Positions 27,425 through 39,282 of a stretch of DNA of 64,000 nt are shown here, one piece after another. This stretch comes from Callorhinchus milii (Eukaryota), in the NCBI RefSeq assembly GCF_018977255.1, contig NW_024704743.1, forward strand, positions 77,874,001 to 77,938,000, given 5' to 3'. Each line of letters opens with the position of its first letter. Position 1 is the first letter of the stretch. A program made the translations under genes and the position numbers. The notes beneath the pieces were generated by a model. It saw nothing but the letters and a program-made list of their open reading frames with translations, was not told the origin of the DNA and ran no database searches.

Positions 27425-30400
27425 TTCGAGACATCTCAAAGCACTTCACAGAATATACTGCAAAGTGAATTGACTATATTTTGTGGGTGAAATGTGTCAA
27501 CGAATTGCACACAGCAGTGTGCCACAAACAGTCGTGGATTGAGTGACCAAATTATTATTATTTATTTCATTTTTGGAACGGATTATTACCTCCGGAAAAA
27601 CAATCCTTCAATCGATTTACAGTCAGGTTCCTAATTATTGCTTGGTGAACAGATGCGTGTGAAGTAAGGAAACCTGTCCAATGTTTTGCCCTGCCAGAAA
27701 TCAAACCCAGGTCCTCTCACTTGTGAGGCGAGTGCACTAACCACTGAGCTACAGGACACCAAATGTCCTAAAAGATAGCAGAACCACAGAATGGGGCATT
27801 GATATCCTCATTATCGCCTTAGTCATGTTGGCTGAGCTCCTCTTTGGGTGATTCCTGCTTACACACACACAATTCCTTCCTCTCCTTAAATTTGACCCTC
27901 TTTCTTTTCTTTTTCCTGGTGCTATATCTCACCACTCCCCTATGCCTGGTCCTGACTTTCTTCCATTAATTACCGTTCTTCCAAGAACCAGAGAGGAAGA
28001 ATCCAGCCACCATGTTAACAGCTCTCAAAGCTCTGCTCAACTCAACCAACTGGAATGGAATGGCCAACTGCAGATGAATTTGGAAAGGAGAACTGGATGC
28101 TATTGTATATTAGGATGTCAACCTGGCTCAGTTGGTAGCACTCTCCCCTCAGGGTCAGTAGGTTGTCAAGCTCCATGTATGGACTGGTGTTGTTTGTTCA
28201 GGTCCAGTGCAGTGCTGGGGGAGCCTGCCTTGTCAGAGTCACTGGCTTTTCATTGAAACATTAAACTGGCTTCCTTGTCTGTTCAGGTGAATGTTAAAAG
28301 ATGTCATGATTCCATTCGAAAAGCGTTTCCCTGGTAAGCTGGCCAACAATCTTCCAGATAAATTTGATTCTTGTGGTGCACAAACTAGCTGCTGCATTTG
28401 CCTAGAAAAAAAACACTCACTACACTTAACCATAATTATCTGAGGCATTTTGATATTACAGGCACTACATTCATTTCAAGGATTATTATTATATCACTGT
28501 GTTATTATTGATATTACCACATTCACATCATCCCATTCAGCTGAGCAGACGAGAGCATGTCTCAAAGTACTTTACACAGCAGACTGGCAGCCCAAGCCCC
28601 GGGGGTGGGGTTGGGGGTGCTGGGGGAGGTGAATGAAAGTGTGGTAAAAAAATAGGTCTTAAAGTGGGCTTCAAAGTTGGGGAGCAAATGCGTGTAGCTC
28701 TTGTAATGTCAAAGCGTTTCACAGGCAATTACTGTCATGTAATGCACTCTCATGATAGCCAGTATATTTCCCCTCCTCCATCAAGTTCAAGAGGAGATTG
28801 GTATATAACTTTAGTAGAAAAAGAAGCAGCTTATTTTTGTTTGTCAAGAAAAGCAGATTATTGACTGGGTTTGTATAGCTGGCCCCATGCAATTTTGTCA
28901 ACGCAGCAGCCAGTCTGCTCACCACATGCTGCACATCCCCAGGCGGGCCTCACTGCACTAAGCTCTGGCCAACCAGGGCCAGGAAATAAGGTCCTAAAAA
29001 TGATTGGGTGGGTGCGAGGAGAGGAGGGATCAATGGAGATAAAAAATAGTAATGAGCTAAAGTTCAAAAGCAAAATAATATTGGAACATAATAGAGAATT
29101 GAGATGAAGAGCTGACCCTCTAAAATTGTTAATCGAACAATAAATGCTAGTTTTACAATCAATTGTTTTATTTCTATTTTACTCCTGTCCCAACAGGATT
29201 CCTACATTTACTGTTGCTCCTAAGTGTCACTTTAAGTGTCATGGGTGGGTCAGTGCCAATGTTTGAAGTTATAAAACCTCCTAGAATGACAAACATCAGA
29301 GCATTTGGTCTATTTAGTCTATTATGCTATTAACTGCTCCACCCCTATTTCCATACTCTTTTCCTGCATAGAAAAAGCAAAAACAAACTCATCTTTTGAC
29401 CCCTAAAAGTATCTAATCTAAAAATAAAATCATCATTACCAACTCAGGAAGCAAGGGAAGGCTCGTATTTATAAATAATAATAATCCTTGCATTTGATGC
29501 AGCACATTTCAGAAAAACATCTCAAAACATTTTGCAGGATATACTGTAAAGTGTAATGACTATGTATCTTGTATGGGGACGCAGAAACATATTTATGTAC
29601 GGAAATGGTCCACAAACAGAAATGAAAGACCAATTTTATTTGGGGGATTATTAGCCAAGACATTCGGATCTAACAACAACTGCCATGGGATCTACATCAA
29701 CTGAAGAGGAAGGACAGACAGGACATTAGGTTAACTTCTCATCACCTCCAACAATGAAACATATCATCCAATTGTAAAGTGTATTGCTGGTGTCTGAAAG
29801 TAAATGGTGAGAACTGAATGTTGTCTTGAGAAGCTGAAGATTAAATTCTGGTGGTTTTCTGAAGTCAGTGATCAGCCCATCTCAAATGTGTGTTAAGGGC
29901 ACTTTCACTGTTCATATGGGTGCCAATGGGATGATGTAATAAGAGCATTAGTTACTTTTAGATTTATTTTAGCAATTTTACAGTAGAATGCTGCCTCTCT
30001 CAAAAAAAGTTTTATTCCATTCTCCTGTGTTTTCTCCAAACCCTTTCATTATCTTTAATTTTCAGATATTTATCTAATTCTCTTGGGGACCATCCTCCTT
30101 GGAGGAGAAGTCAATTGGGTGTCTTTAGACCTGAGCGAGGCACGTCTGCAGTACTCCAAGGCACTAGTGATGGCAGACCAATCTGGCTCATTGGCAGGAC
30201 TTGGAGGGGCATGGATTCTTCCCATTCAGCCCCTGTTAACCCTGCATGTCAAAGTCCTAATGGGGAGCATGGTCCTAGCTGGATAAGGAGCAAGATGCTG
30301 TTTGTCCAGCGAGTATCACCTTCTTAAAATAACTTATAGAAAGCCAGCCTCAAAATTAATGCTATATTTAAGAATTTTCCAATTTCTGGACATTCTGAAA

Positions 30401-30960
30401 TCCTACATAAAGAGTCAACCTGGATCCAGATGGAATTTCTCCATTAATCTCCAAAGATTTAGTATCTCTCCATCTATTTCTATATCTCCATAGGTTCTAC
30501 AGCTCTATAGCTGTACCTTCTCGGCCTTCACCCCTCAAGGGATTGCACCAGATATGGTGCAGTTATCATCTGCTTATTTTCTAATACAGCTTCTCAAATC
30601 TTAACTCAGTGGTTACCTTTTGTTTAGGTGAGGTGATTCGTGTGACTAATGAAGACCTAATAAGCCAATGTGGAGTCCTGCAGCTTAGTGGTTAGAGCAC
30701 TCACCTCACATGTGAGAGTCGTGGGTTCAATTTCCAGCAGGGCGAAATGTTGGGCAGGTTTCCTTACTCCACACACCTCTGTTTACCTAGCTGTAAGTAG
30801 GAACCCAGTTGGTAGTACTTGACGGATCGCTTTTCCAGGGATTAATAATTCCTTAAAAAAAAATTTGTCATTTCAATCCACAATTGTTTGTGGGACACTG
30901 CTGTCCGCAATTGGCTGCCAGGTTTCGCTCACAAAATATACAGTCAATTCACTTTACAGT

Positions 30961-31053
30961 CAGGAGAGGGCAGGTGGGGGGGAGGGTTGGGGGGGGGGGG
31001 GCAGGTGACGGGAGGGGGCGCGATTCACAAAGTGACGTCGGTGTGACGTCACA
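30961..31053 (+). promoter_or_regulatory. Putative L2 internal promoter (G-runs, GC box, tandem CRE-like sites)
   Basis: TGACGTCG at 31033 and palindrome TGTGACGTCACA at 31042-31053. Confidence 0.4.
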
Positions 31054-32886
31054 GTTAAAAAAAAAGCAACAACAACAACAATGACCTGGCAGCCCCTGTC
31101 ACTGCCATCCCAGCCATGACCACACAGCCTGCGGGCTGATGCCATCTCACTGATCGCTCGCTCCCGGTCTCTGCTGCCGCCCCGACCCGAGCCTCCCCCT
31201 CCACTCTAAATGTCTCTTCTCCCACCCCCCTCTATCCGCTTCTCCCCCTCTGTCCTTCTCTCCCACTGCCCTCCCCGCCGTCTCTCTCTCCTCGACCCCA
31301 TCACCTCTTCCCTCTGCTCCAGCCTGGGCATCCTCCGCTGGGCCATCGTAGCTCCAGACACTGGCTGTCCCAGAGCAGCAATCCCAAGTGTCCCATCATT
31401 CACTCCCTCCGCTCAAACCGCCTCCTTAAGGCAAACCCAACTCCCCCTTCCCTCATACGTACCCTCCCCAACTCTCCACTCACATCACTCTCCACAACCA
31501 TCTCTCCTGTACACCCAAAAATCCTCTCCGCATCACTCTCTGCTCCCTCTCCTCACTCCAGCAAACCCACCTGCATTTCCCTCCAAAATGTCCGTTCCCT
31601 CTCAAACAAAGCCCTCACCATCCATGACCTCATCCTGGATGAGCATCTTGACATTCTTGGGCTCACCAAAACCTGGCTCTCCCCCAATGACCCCGTCCCC
31701 CTATTTGAAGCCTCACCTCCAGGCTATACCTTCCACGACAACCCCCGTCCAAACCAACATGGTGGCGGGGTGGCTTTCATTTCCAAAGCCTCCCTTGGTC
31801 TTATCCCCTACTTCTCTGGCTGATTCCCTTCCTTCGAGCACCTCACCCTCTTCCACCCCTCTCTTCCATTGAAAATCCTCCTTGTCTACGCCCTACTAAG
31901 CCCCCCGGCTCCTTTCACACAGACATCTCTACTCCCCTCTTTTCCTATCCCTCTGCTACGAACGCCTGCTCATAATGGCCGATTTCAACCTCCAGCTAAA
32001 CTCCCCTTGCACTACTTCTGCTGACTTCACTGCCTTCCTCTCCTGCCTAAACCTCACCCTCCACATAAATTCACCAACCCACAACCGTGGTCATGCCCTT
32101 GACCTCGTTATCACCCATGGCCTTGACATTTCCGACCTTAGCATAGTGGACAAGGCCATCTCGGACCACTTCCTCATCTCCTTCTCTTCTCACATCCCTC
32201 TCTCCTCCACCAAGCCCTCAACCATCCTCTATCGCCCTTGGAAAAGCCTACTCCTTGAGACCATCACAAAGGCCCCAACATCATCAAACATCCTATCCTT
32301 CTGGCCTTCCACCCATGGAGATCCTGAAGCAGCCGTGCAGCTGCTCCATGATCGCCTCTCCTCCACCTTCAACTCCCTCGTCCCCCTGAAATCCAGGACC
32401 ATCTCCAAACCCACCCAATCCCCCTGGTACAACAACCATCTCCGCCGCCTAAAAACCCAAACCCAGCCTGGCTCGAGCATCTCCACAACTACCGCCATTC
32501 TTTGACATGCGCAAAAACGGCTTTCTACTCCAACATCATCTTGGAGGCTGAACACAACCCTAAAATCCTTTTTTCCACCACCCACTACCTCCTCCGTGCC
32601 CCCACTCAGGCCTCCTCAATCTTCATATCAAATGCCAAGTGCAAGGAAGTCATGGACTTTTTTTCATCTAAAATTCACAACATCTTCCAGGTAGCCTCAC
32701 CCACCATCATGCCCTCTCTGTCACCCTCACCCTCCCCACCATCTGCTCCTACCACCACCCCCATCTTACATTCTTTCCTCCCCATCTCTCCCTCCTCCCT
32801 CTCGCCCACCATCACCTCCATGAAACACCACCTGCTGCCTCGACCCCCTCCCCTCCAACTTGCTGGTCACCCAGCTCCCCCTCCTT
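30961..32886 (+). mobile_element. L2 5' half (5' UTR plus APE endonuclease), 3'-truncated
   Basis: APE motifs ADFN, PTHNRGHALDLV and SDHF in ORF 31975..32505; C-rich sense strand; no RT and no tail. Confidence 0.88.
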
Positions 32887-33283
32887 CAAAATATACAGTT
32901 GCGCCGCTTTACATTATAATAATCCCTACATTTGGTATAATGCCTTTCTCATCAGGAGGACTTCTCAAAGCGATTCACAGGATATACTGAAAATTGGATT
33001 GACTGTGTGTTCTGTGGGCAAATACCAAAAAATCTTTCTATTCTATGAAGGGCTTTGAGGTGTCTTCCTGATCTGAAAGGTATTGTATCAAATGCAAGGA
33101 TTGTTATAATTATTCCTTGTAGAATTGCAAAATTCTTATGTTAGGTCTAAATTTTCAAGCCACTGTTCTGCTAAAGAAAATACAGAAAACTAGCTTCAAA
33201 AATAAGAGTTAATTTATGAATCTGAAAATTATGCATGCTCTGAAATATTAAGAGAATAGTGTAAGTCTAGATTTTTGGAGGGT

Positions 33284-33906
33284 GTCAGCCGGGTGTCTGT
33301 CACATGTGGAAACTCATCACTATGCTTAACAGTATCCAAACCAAACTGAAAGATTCATGCAACCCACCACACTTCACACATGGAAATTCTAGAGATATTT
33401 ATTGGAATGGAATGCACACTCTCTCCCTGGAGGGTTGCATCTGGCTTACCTGGAAAGTATTAGGCACAGGTTGGCAAGAGTCCAGGCGTGGGGATCCCAG
33501 AGTGTGTGTATGGGTATTGCTAGAGTCTAACCAACTAAAATCGCAGAATTTGCCATTGAGAACACAGCCTGGCAAGCTTTCCCAGTGCTTGTCCAGCTGT
33601 GACCATCCTACCCATTAGGGCTTTGACTTGGAGGGATAATGGAAGCTGAATGGGAAGAGTTCCTGTCCCCAGTGACTGGTCTGTCCTTTCAAGTTCTACC
33701 GATGAGCCAGGCTGATTGTGCTGTGTCAGCAGTGCCCTAAAATACTATGGACCCATCTGCTCAGGAACTGAATTACCGAAACCACCACAGAGGATTAACT
33801 TGATTCTGACATTCCATTGACAAACACGTCCCCTTAGGAGCCAGTTCAGTTCCAAGGAGACCCTGCTTACCTCCCAAGGAGGATAGTCACTAGTTTGACG
33901 TCTGAC
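33284..33906. repeat. Unclassified ~620-bp interspersed repeat
   Basis: Colinear copies at 60646-61276 and 62018-62720 (opposite strand); fragments at 12035-12210, 13255-13325, 30085-30310 and 58487-58711. Confidence 0.85.
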
Positions 33907-34984
33907 AAGCTGGGCTAGAATTATTCCCCTGACATGTCATAGCATTGAAATCTAGGACAGTTCGTTGAATTTTAATGATAGTCCCTATTTTAAAGTCGAA
34001 CCCATAAAAAATAAAACCATCAATTAAGGTATTTCTTATGACAACTTGACACTGTCAGAATGAAAACAAAGCAAAGCATGGAGCTGCCAAGTCACACTTT
34101 GAAAAATAAAACTGTTTTTCCACACCATCTATCACCTTCAGTCAAAAACCTGCAGGATACTTTCAAACACACTTCGCTGAGTTTGGAAGGAAAATATTTT
34201 CTTTACGGCTTATGCAAAGTGTTGCTCTCATTTAGGGAAAATTATACCTTGCCATAACCATTTGATAAAGATATCATAACATCGCCCGGAGTACTAGTAA
34301 TAGTTATTTCTGGATCAAATTTTTTTTTATTTTTTATTAATTATCAGTTATGAAAATGATAGGAGGAACCAGATCATAGATGTCAAAGATTACACAATTC
34401 TAGAACAATGACAGCCTCGTCTTAAACAGATGAACAGAGAGATAAATGACAGTGATCAGTGGATTAATGAAAAACAAGTCTTTGAGGTGCCATTGGGTCC
34501 TCATAACGAAAAAGCCTGAAGGGAAATAACTCAGACTGACATCAACAAGGGAAAATGGCACGAAAGAAAATAGCATTGCGTAGCTACTTCAGGAGAAGCA
34601 GGAATTGTAAGAAATATGATATTTGAAAACACTGAGTTTGTGAAGTGTGGCGACTGGGTGAAAGAACAATAGAGAATCATGGTTACACAATGATACTTCA
34701 CTTAAGGGCCTGCTAATTGTCTCTAACAATATCATTAGCATTATGGGAAGTTGAATGACTGCTACCTACAATGGCATCCGTTTTTCTTACGCTATACTCT
34801 CGGACATGCAGTTAAAGTTATCATCTTGATCTTCTCCTTTAAAAATAATTTGATCAAGAATCTAGGTCTAGAATCGGTCAGAAAAGTCCTGTCAAATACT
34901 GGCCGAAGTTAAACATTTAATTTTCCCAGCTTCAGAAAATCTACTTTAAAAGTAGTGGCTGTATTTAAGAGGTTCCCTCTCATC

Positions 34985-35492
34985 TGTGTCAGACTAGCTC
35001 AGTTTATAGCATGCTTGCCTCTGAGTCAGAAGCCTTTGTGTTCAAGCCATTATTGGGACTTTGAACATACAGTTTAGTCTGACAATAAAATGGAGTGGTG
35101 AGGATATGTTACGTTGTTGGAGGTGCCATTCTTTGGTTAAGACATTATACCAAGGTCTCGTCTGCCTGTTCAGTTGGACATTAAAGATTCCATAGCACTA
35201 CTCGAAAAGAGAAGGGGATTTTACCCGGCGTCTTGACCAACAATGCTCCAGGTAAAAATTGATCATTCATTTCATGCTGTTTGTGGACAATTGCTGTGTG
35301 CAAATTGGCTGCCACATTTGCCTACAAATACACAGTTACTGTACTTCACAGTAAAAATCCTGTGAAGCACTTTGAGGCATCTCAACAACAACAACAACAA
35401 CAAAATTACATTTGTATAGCGCCTTTCACAGCGGAAGGATGTCCCAAGTTGCTGAACGATATGATGCCAAATGCAAGGATTATTATTATTAT
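34985..35492 (+). mobile_element. Deu-domain SINE, SacSINE1/AmnSINE1-like (other copies at about 225-400, 2345-2570, 4745-5085, 12225-12520, 13565-13990, 21020-21250, 24060-24330, 28115-28480, 38100-38408, 41505-41935, 58868-59190)
   Basis: tRNA-like head gctcagtt(g)gtagca...ctctgagtcagaa, then the Deu core gaggtgc...tgagacgttaaaccaagg...ggacattaaagat.ccatggcactattcgaa. Family assignment is from my recollection of the consensus. Confidence 0.85.
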
Positions 35493-37607
35493 CTAAATGA
35501 AATTGAAACTGAAATAAAATAGAAAGAGAATGATGATTTGATGTTTCTGATATGACCCTTCACCAGAGCTAAAATGGGTGACCGGTGGAGCATCTTTATA
35601 AGACAGAAATGGATACTTAGAACCAAGCCAGGCAATTAACATTTTGGATAGAAATTTTAAAAAAAGTAAAACTACAAAATGCAGCTTAACAGTATGTAAA
35701 ACAATGCTGTGTGAGAAAGAAATAGGAGATCGTGGGAAAATTTGAAAACTTAGAGTAGGTGGAAGCTAATAGATCCAGGATTCAATAATAGATACACTAA
35801 ACTGGACATAATTTGGATACTGAGTTATTCTAATGACGTGTTCACAAGTGATAGCTTATGTTTTTTTCTGCTCTTCCTCCTGCCCTTCTGAATTACAAGT
35901 CATTGAACCAGACTTGAGCTTTGAGATTTCCAGATACATTAGCTGTGCGTGCAGCAAAAATGATTTGTAATTATAACAAAGGTAGTGGGGCTTTAGTGAA
36001 AACTGATAAGCATTATTCTTTAAAAGCCAAGGCTTAAAGCAAGTTTTACAGGTACAGGTACAACCTGGATGGAATGTCAAGTCCTTAATCACAAGCAACC
36101 TCAAAGAAATTCTTTCTGCAATAATGATTTCATGAGAGGCACTGAGATCAAAAAAGCGATGGTTTGCAGTGAGATTCACTAATAACTGAGAATTTTGCCA
36201 GAAACATGGCCAGTAGGATCTCAATCCAAAGCTCCAGCAGCAGGTTCTCCAGGTTCCCAGAAATGACTAGTGGTTGGCATTTCCTGTTAGCGAATCTGAA
36301 TCAGTATTCAAAAGATCATCACAAGATCAGTTTGAATAAAGAGGAGGCCCTTCAATACATTTTATTTCATACCTCCAGAATAGCCACCCTATCATCTTCC
36401 CATCACTGTTGTGTTTTTAAATGAGTCCATTGACCTGGTCTAACTATCCTTCTTGACAACCTGTTTCAATCAATACTTATCCTGTGGATAAAGAATTACT
36501 TCTTTGTCCTGAAATTGGCCTTTGCAACTCTAAATCTATGTGCCCTTGTTCTGCTGCCTCAGTACATTGAAAAGTAAAATTAGTGAATTAATTGCAAACT
36601 TCCCAATTTTCAAGCCCAATGTCTTATCAAGTCATGTTGTGCTGCCCCTTCTCTGCTTTAAATGTTGCGAACGGATGCACTCCATATTTGCAGATTTCTG
36701 TTCAAGTGGATTGTTTTAGCCCTGGTGTTACACCTTCCCATTCTATCATACCACTCTCTCAATAGGCATTCTAGCATTCAAAATACATCTGCAGAAGTAC
36801 AAATCACACGCCTCCAATATTTTTCTTCCATCACCGTTCAAAGTCAAGCTTTACATCCCTACAATATCACTTAAATATTCTGCTTCGTATTGCCTGTTTG
36901 ATTTTAAACATTTTACAATTCCTTCACATTATAAATATTTCCATTAGAATTATTGTGCCAACAACAATTTAAAAATTATCTTTGCATTTGATATTGTGCC
37001 TTATCACAAGACAATGCAATATATAGTTTGGAACACAACAGGTCATGCGACTGGCAGGAAGGTGAAAGGCGAACTGGATGGACCTCGGTCTTCTTTCGCC
37101 TAGCAAATTCTTATGTTCTTATGAGACATATCGCAGTGTTTCACAGGATATATTGTAAAGTGATGTGACTGTGTGTTTTGTGAGCGGAACATTGCAAACT
37201 TGCATTTATATCATGCCCTTTATGTAGGATAATAACTCAAAGCACTTCACAGAGATGACTGAGCAGAAAGGGTTGGGGACAGGGAGGAGGGAAGTGACAA
37301 TAGGCATAGGTGGAAGAGGTAGGTTTTCAGGATGCTACTGTCCTCCATTTAGTTTATTTGTTTCTCAAGTCATCTGTTATGAAAGTATCCAAGTATTTCC
37401 ACGTTGTTCCCTCTACAATTAGCTTTTGAGAATTCCAATTTCTTTTTGATTATGACTTTGTTTCTTCGACATGTAATCCCATGTTCCAAAGATGTATGGT
37501 TTACCAACATCTGATAACAATTTGTAAGAGACCTGTGTGATTGATAAGTTTGGTTGCTTATTGTCCGTAATACCAGCTATTCCATTTCTCATAATAAATC
37601 CAGTACA

Positions 37608-37660
37608 TACTACTACTATGACTACTACTACTAATAATAATAATAATAATAATAAAAATA
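37608..37660. repeat. (TAC)n/(AAT)n microsatellite, the tail of a minus-strand SINE fragment
   Basis: Direct reading. Confidence 0.85.
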
Positions 37661-37729
37661 ATTATCCTTACATTTGCCATAGAGCCTTTCATTTCAGGAG
37701 GACATCCCGAAGCGCTTCACAGGATATAG

Positions 37730-38053
37730 TGGAGTCCTGTAGCTCAGTGGTTAGAGCACTTGCTTTGCAAGCAAGACACCTGGGTTCAATTCCAGGCAGG
37801 GCGAAACCTTGGGCAAGTTTCCTTACTCCACATGCCTAATAATAATCCCTCCAAAAACCCCAAAAACAATAATAAATTGGTCATTTTCAATCTACGACTG
37901 TTTGTGGGACATTGCTGTGCGCAATTGGCTGCCGCGTTCGCCCACAAATATACAGTCAATTCACTTTACAGTGTATTCTGTGAAGCGCTTTGGGACGTCC
38001 TCCCGACGTGAAAAGCGCTATATCAAATGCAAGGATTATTATTATTATTATTA
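37730..38053 (+). mobile_element. tRNA-Ala-derived SINE, short subfamily (also 25700-26022 -, 38455-38740 +, 49252-49560 +)
   Basis: A box TAGCTCAGTGG, B box GGTTCAATTCC, TGC/CGC anticodon arm, L2-like 3' stem-loop, (ATT)n tail. Confidence 0.92.
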
Positions 38054-39282
38054 TATACTCTAAGGTGGAGTGACACCACCAGGATATACACTAAGGTATG
38101 TGTTTTGTGGGCAAACGTAGCAGCAAATTTGCACACAGCAATGTCCTGCAAACAGTCTTGAAGTCAATCATCAATTTTATTTAGAAAAGCCAAGTAAAAC
38201 TCCCTTCTGTTTTCGAAAATGCCATAGGATTTTTACTGTCCACCTGAACAGACAAATGGGGCCTTGGTTTAACATCTCGTCTGAAGGATGGAACCTCCAA
38301 CAATGCAGCACTCCCCGAGCACTGCATTGAGGTATCACCTTAGACTATGAGTTCCAAATCCCAATGTGGGGCTTGACTCAGTGTACTACCAACTAAGCCA
38401 GGCTGACAAGCAAATGTTAAAAATTTAGGGTGGTCTGACACATCCTTTTATCTCTGCTCTCGCCTCACAAGCGAGAGACCTGGGTTTGATTCCCGGAAGT
38501 GAAACCTTGGGCAATTTTCCTTAGTCCACACGCCTGATAATAAACCCTCAAGAAAAAGAAACAATAATAAATTGGTCACTTCAATCTACAATTGTTTGTG
38601 AGACACTGCTGTGTGCAATTGGCTGCTGCGTTTCACCAACAAATATACAGCCAATTCACTTTACAGTATATTCTGTGAAGGGCTTTGAGATTTCTAGAAG
38701 ACGTGAAAAGCGCTATATCAAATACAAGGATTATTATTATTTGTAATCTCATTATTTATTCTTTGTTGCTACTTGTTTAACGAGTAAAGATTTCTAATAA
38801 GTCTCGGAGCTTTCCCTCAATCCTCATTTTTTACAGGATATATCTATTAACTTTTCATGTGTTTCTTGTCCAATTTTCTCAAAATATATGCATATTAGAT
38901 CCACTCCATGCTTCTGCCCTCACTTCTTTTGCTTGACCACAAATAACATATTTTAACCCTATCTGAGGACTTTGAAAAGCAACTGGTTGAAATCAAAATT
39001 CACATTCAGAGCAAATCAGTGGGCCACTCAATGTTTACTCCATTGTAAATGTATCAGCTGGATCCCAAACACTGTTTTCAATCACCATGTCCATGAAGCA
39101 ACGGACTTTCATATTAATTTCATGTAATAATTAGGCTCTGATGTGGTGCCTGCTGACATGCATTGTTAAATCTTATACATGAATAATGATCACTTGGTCT
39201 AGATAGCCAACAGAGAGAAACTGGATTTTTAACTTATTTTAACCTTGGGTAAATATGTAGTTAGTTTGTCTATTCTTTCTTT

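Noticed and set aside
31206..31872. Pro/Ser-rich and Gly/Arg-rich ORFs (also 523..942 and 26909..27449)
   Set aside because: Alternative frames of C-rich L2 sequence.
33860..33895. Helitron 3' end (hairpin plus CTAG|T) or IS605/Fanzor-like right end (GGAGGATAGTTGAC at about 13312-13325)
   Set aside because: Homology between copies continues past CTAG to TTTGAC.TC.GAC, and there is no Rep/helicase or RuvC coding sequence in the window. The resemblance is too short to support.
37730..37803. tRNA-Ala(TGC) gene
   Set aside because: The cloverleaf-like head continues into a multi-copy SINE body and tail, so it is a SINE head.
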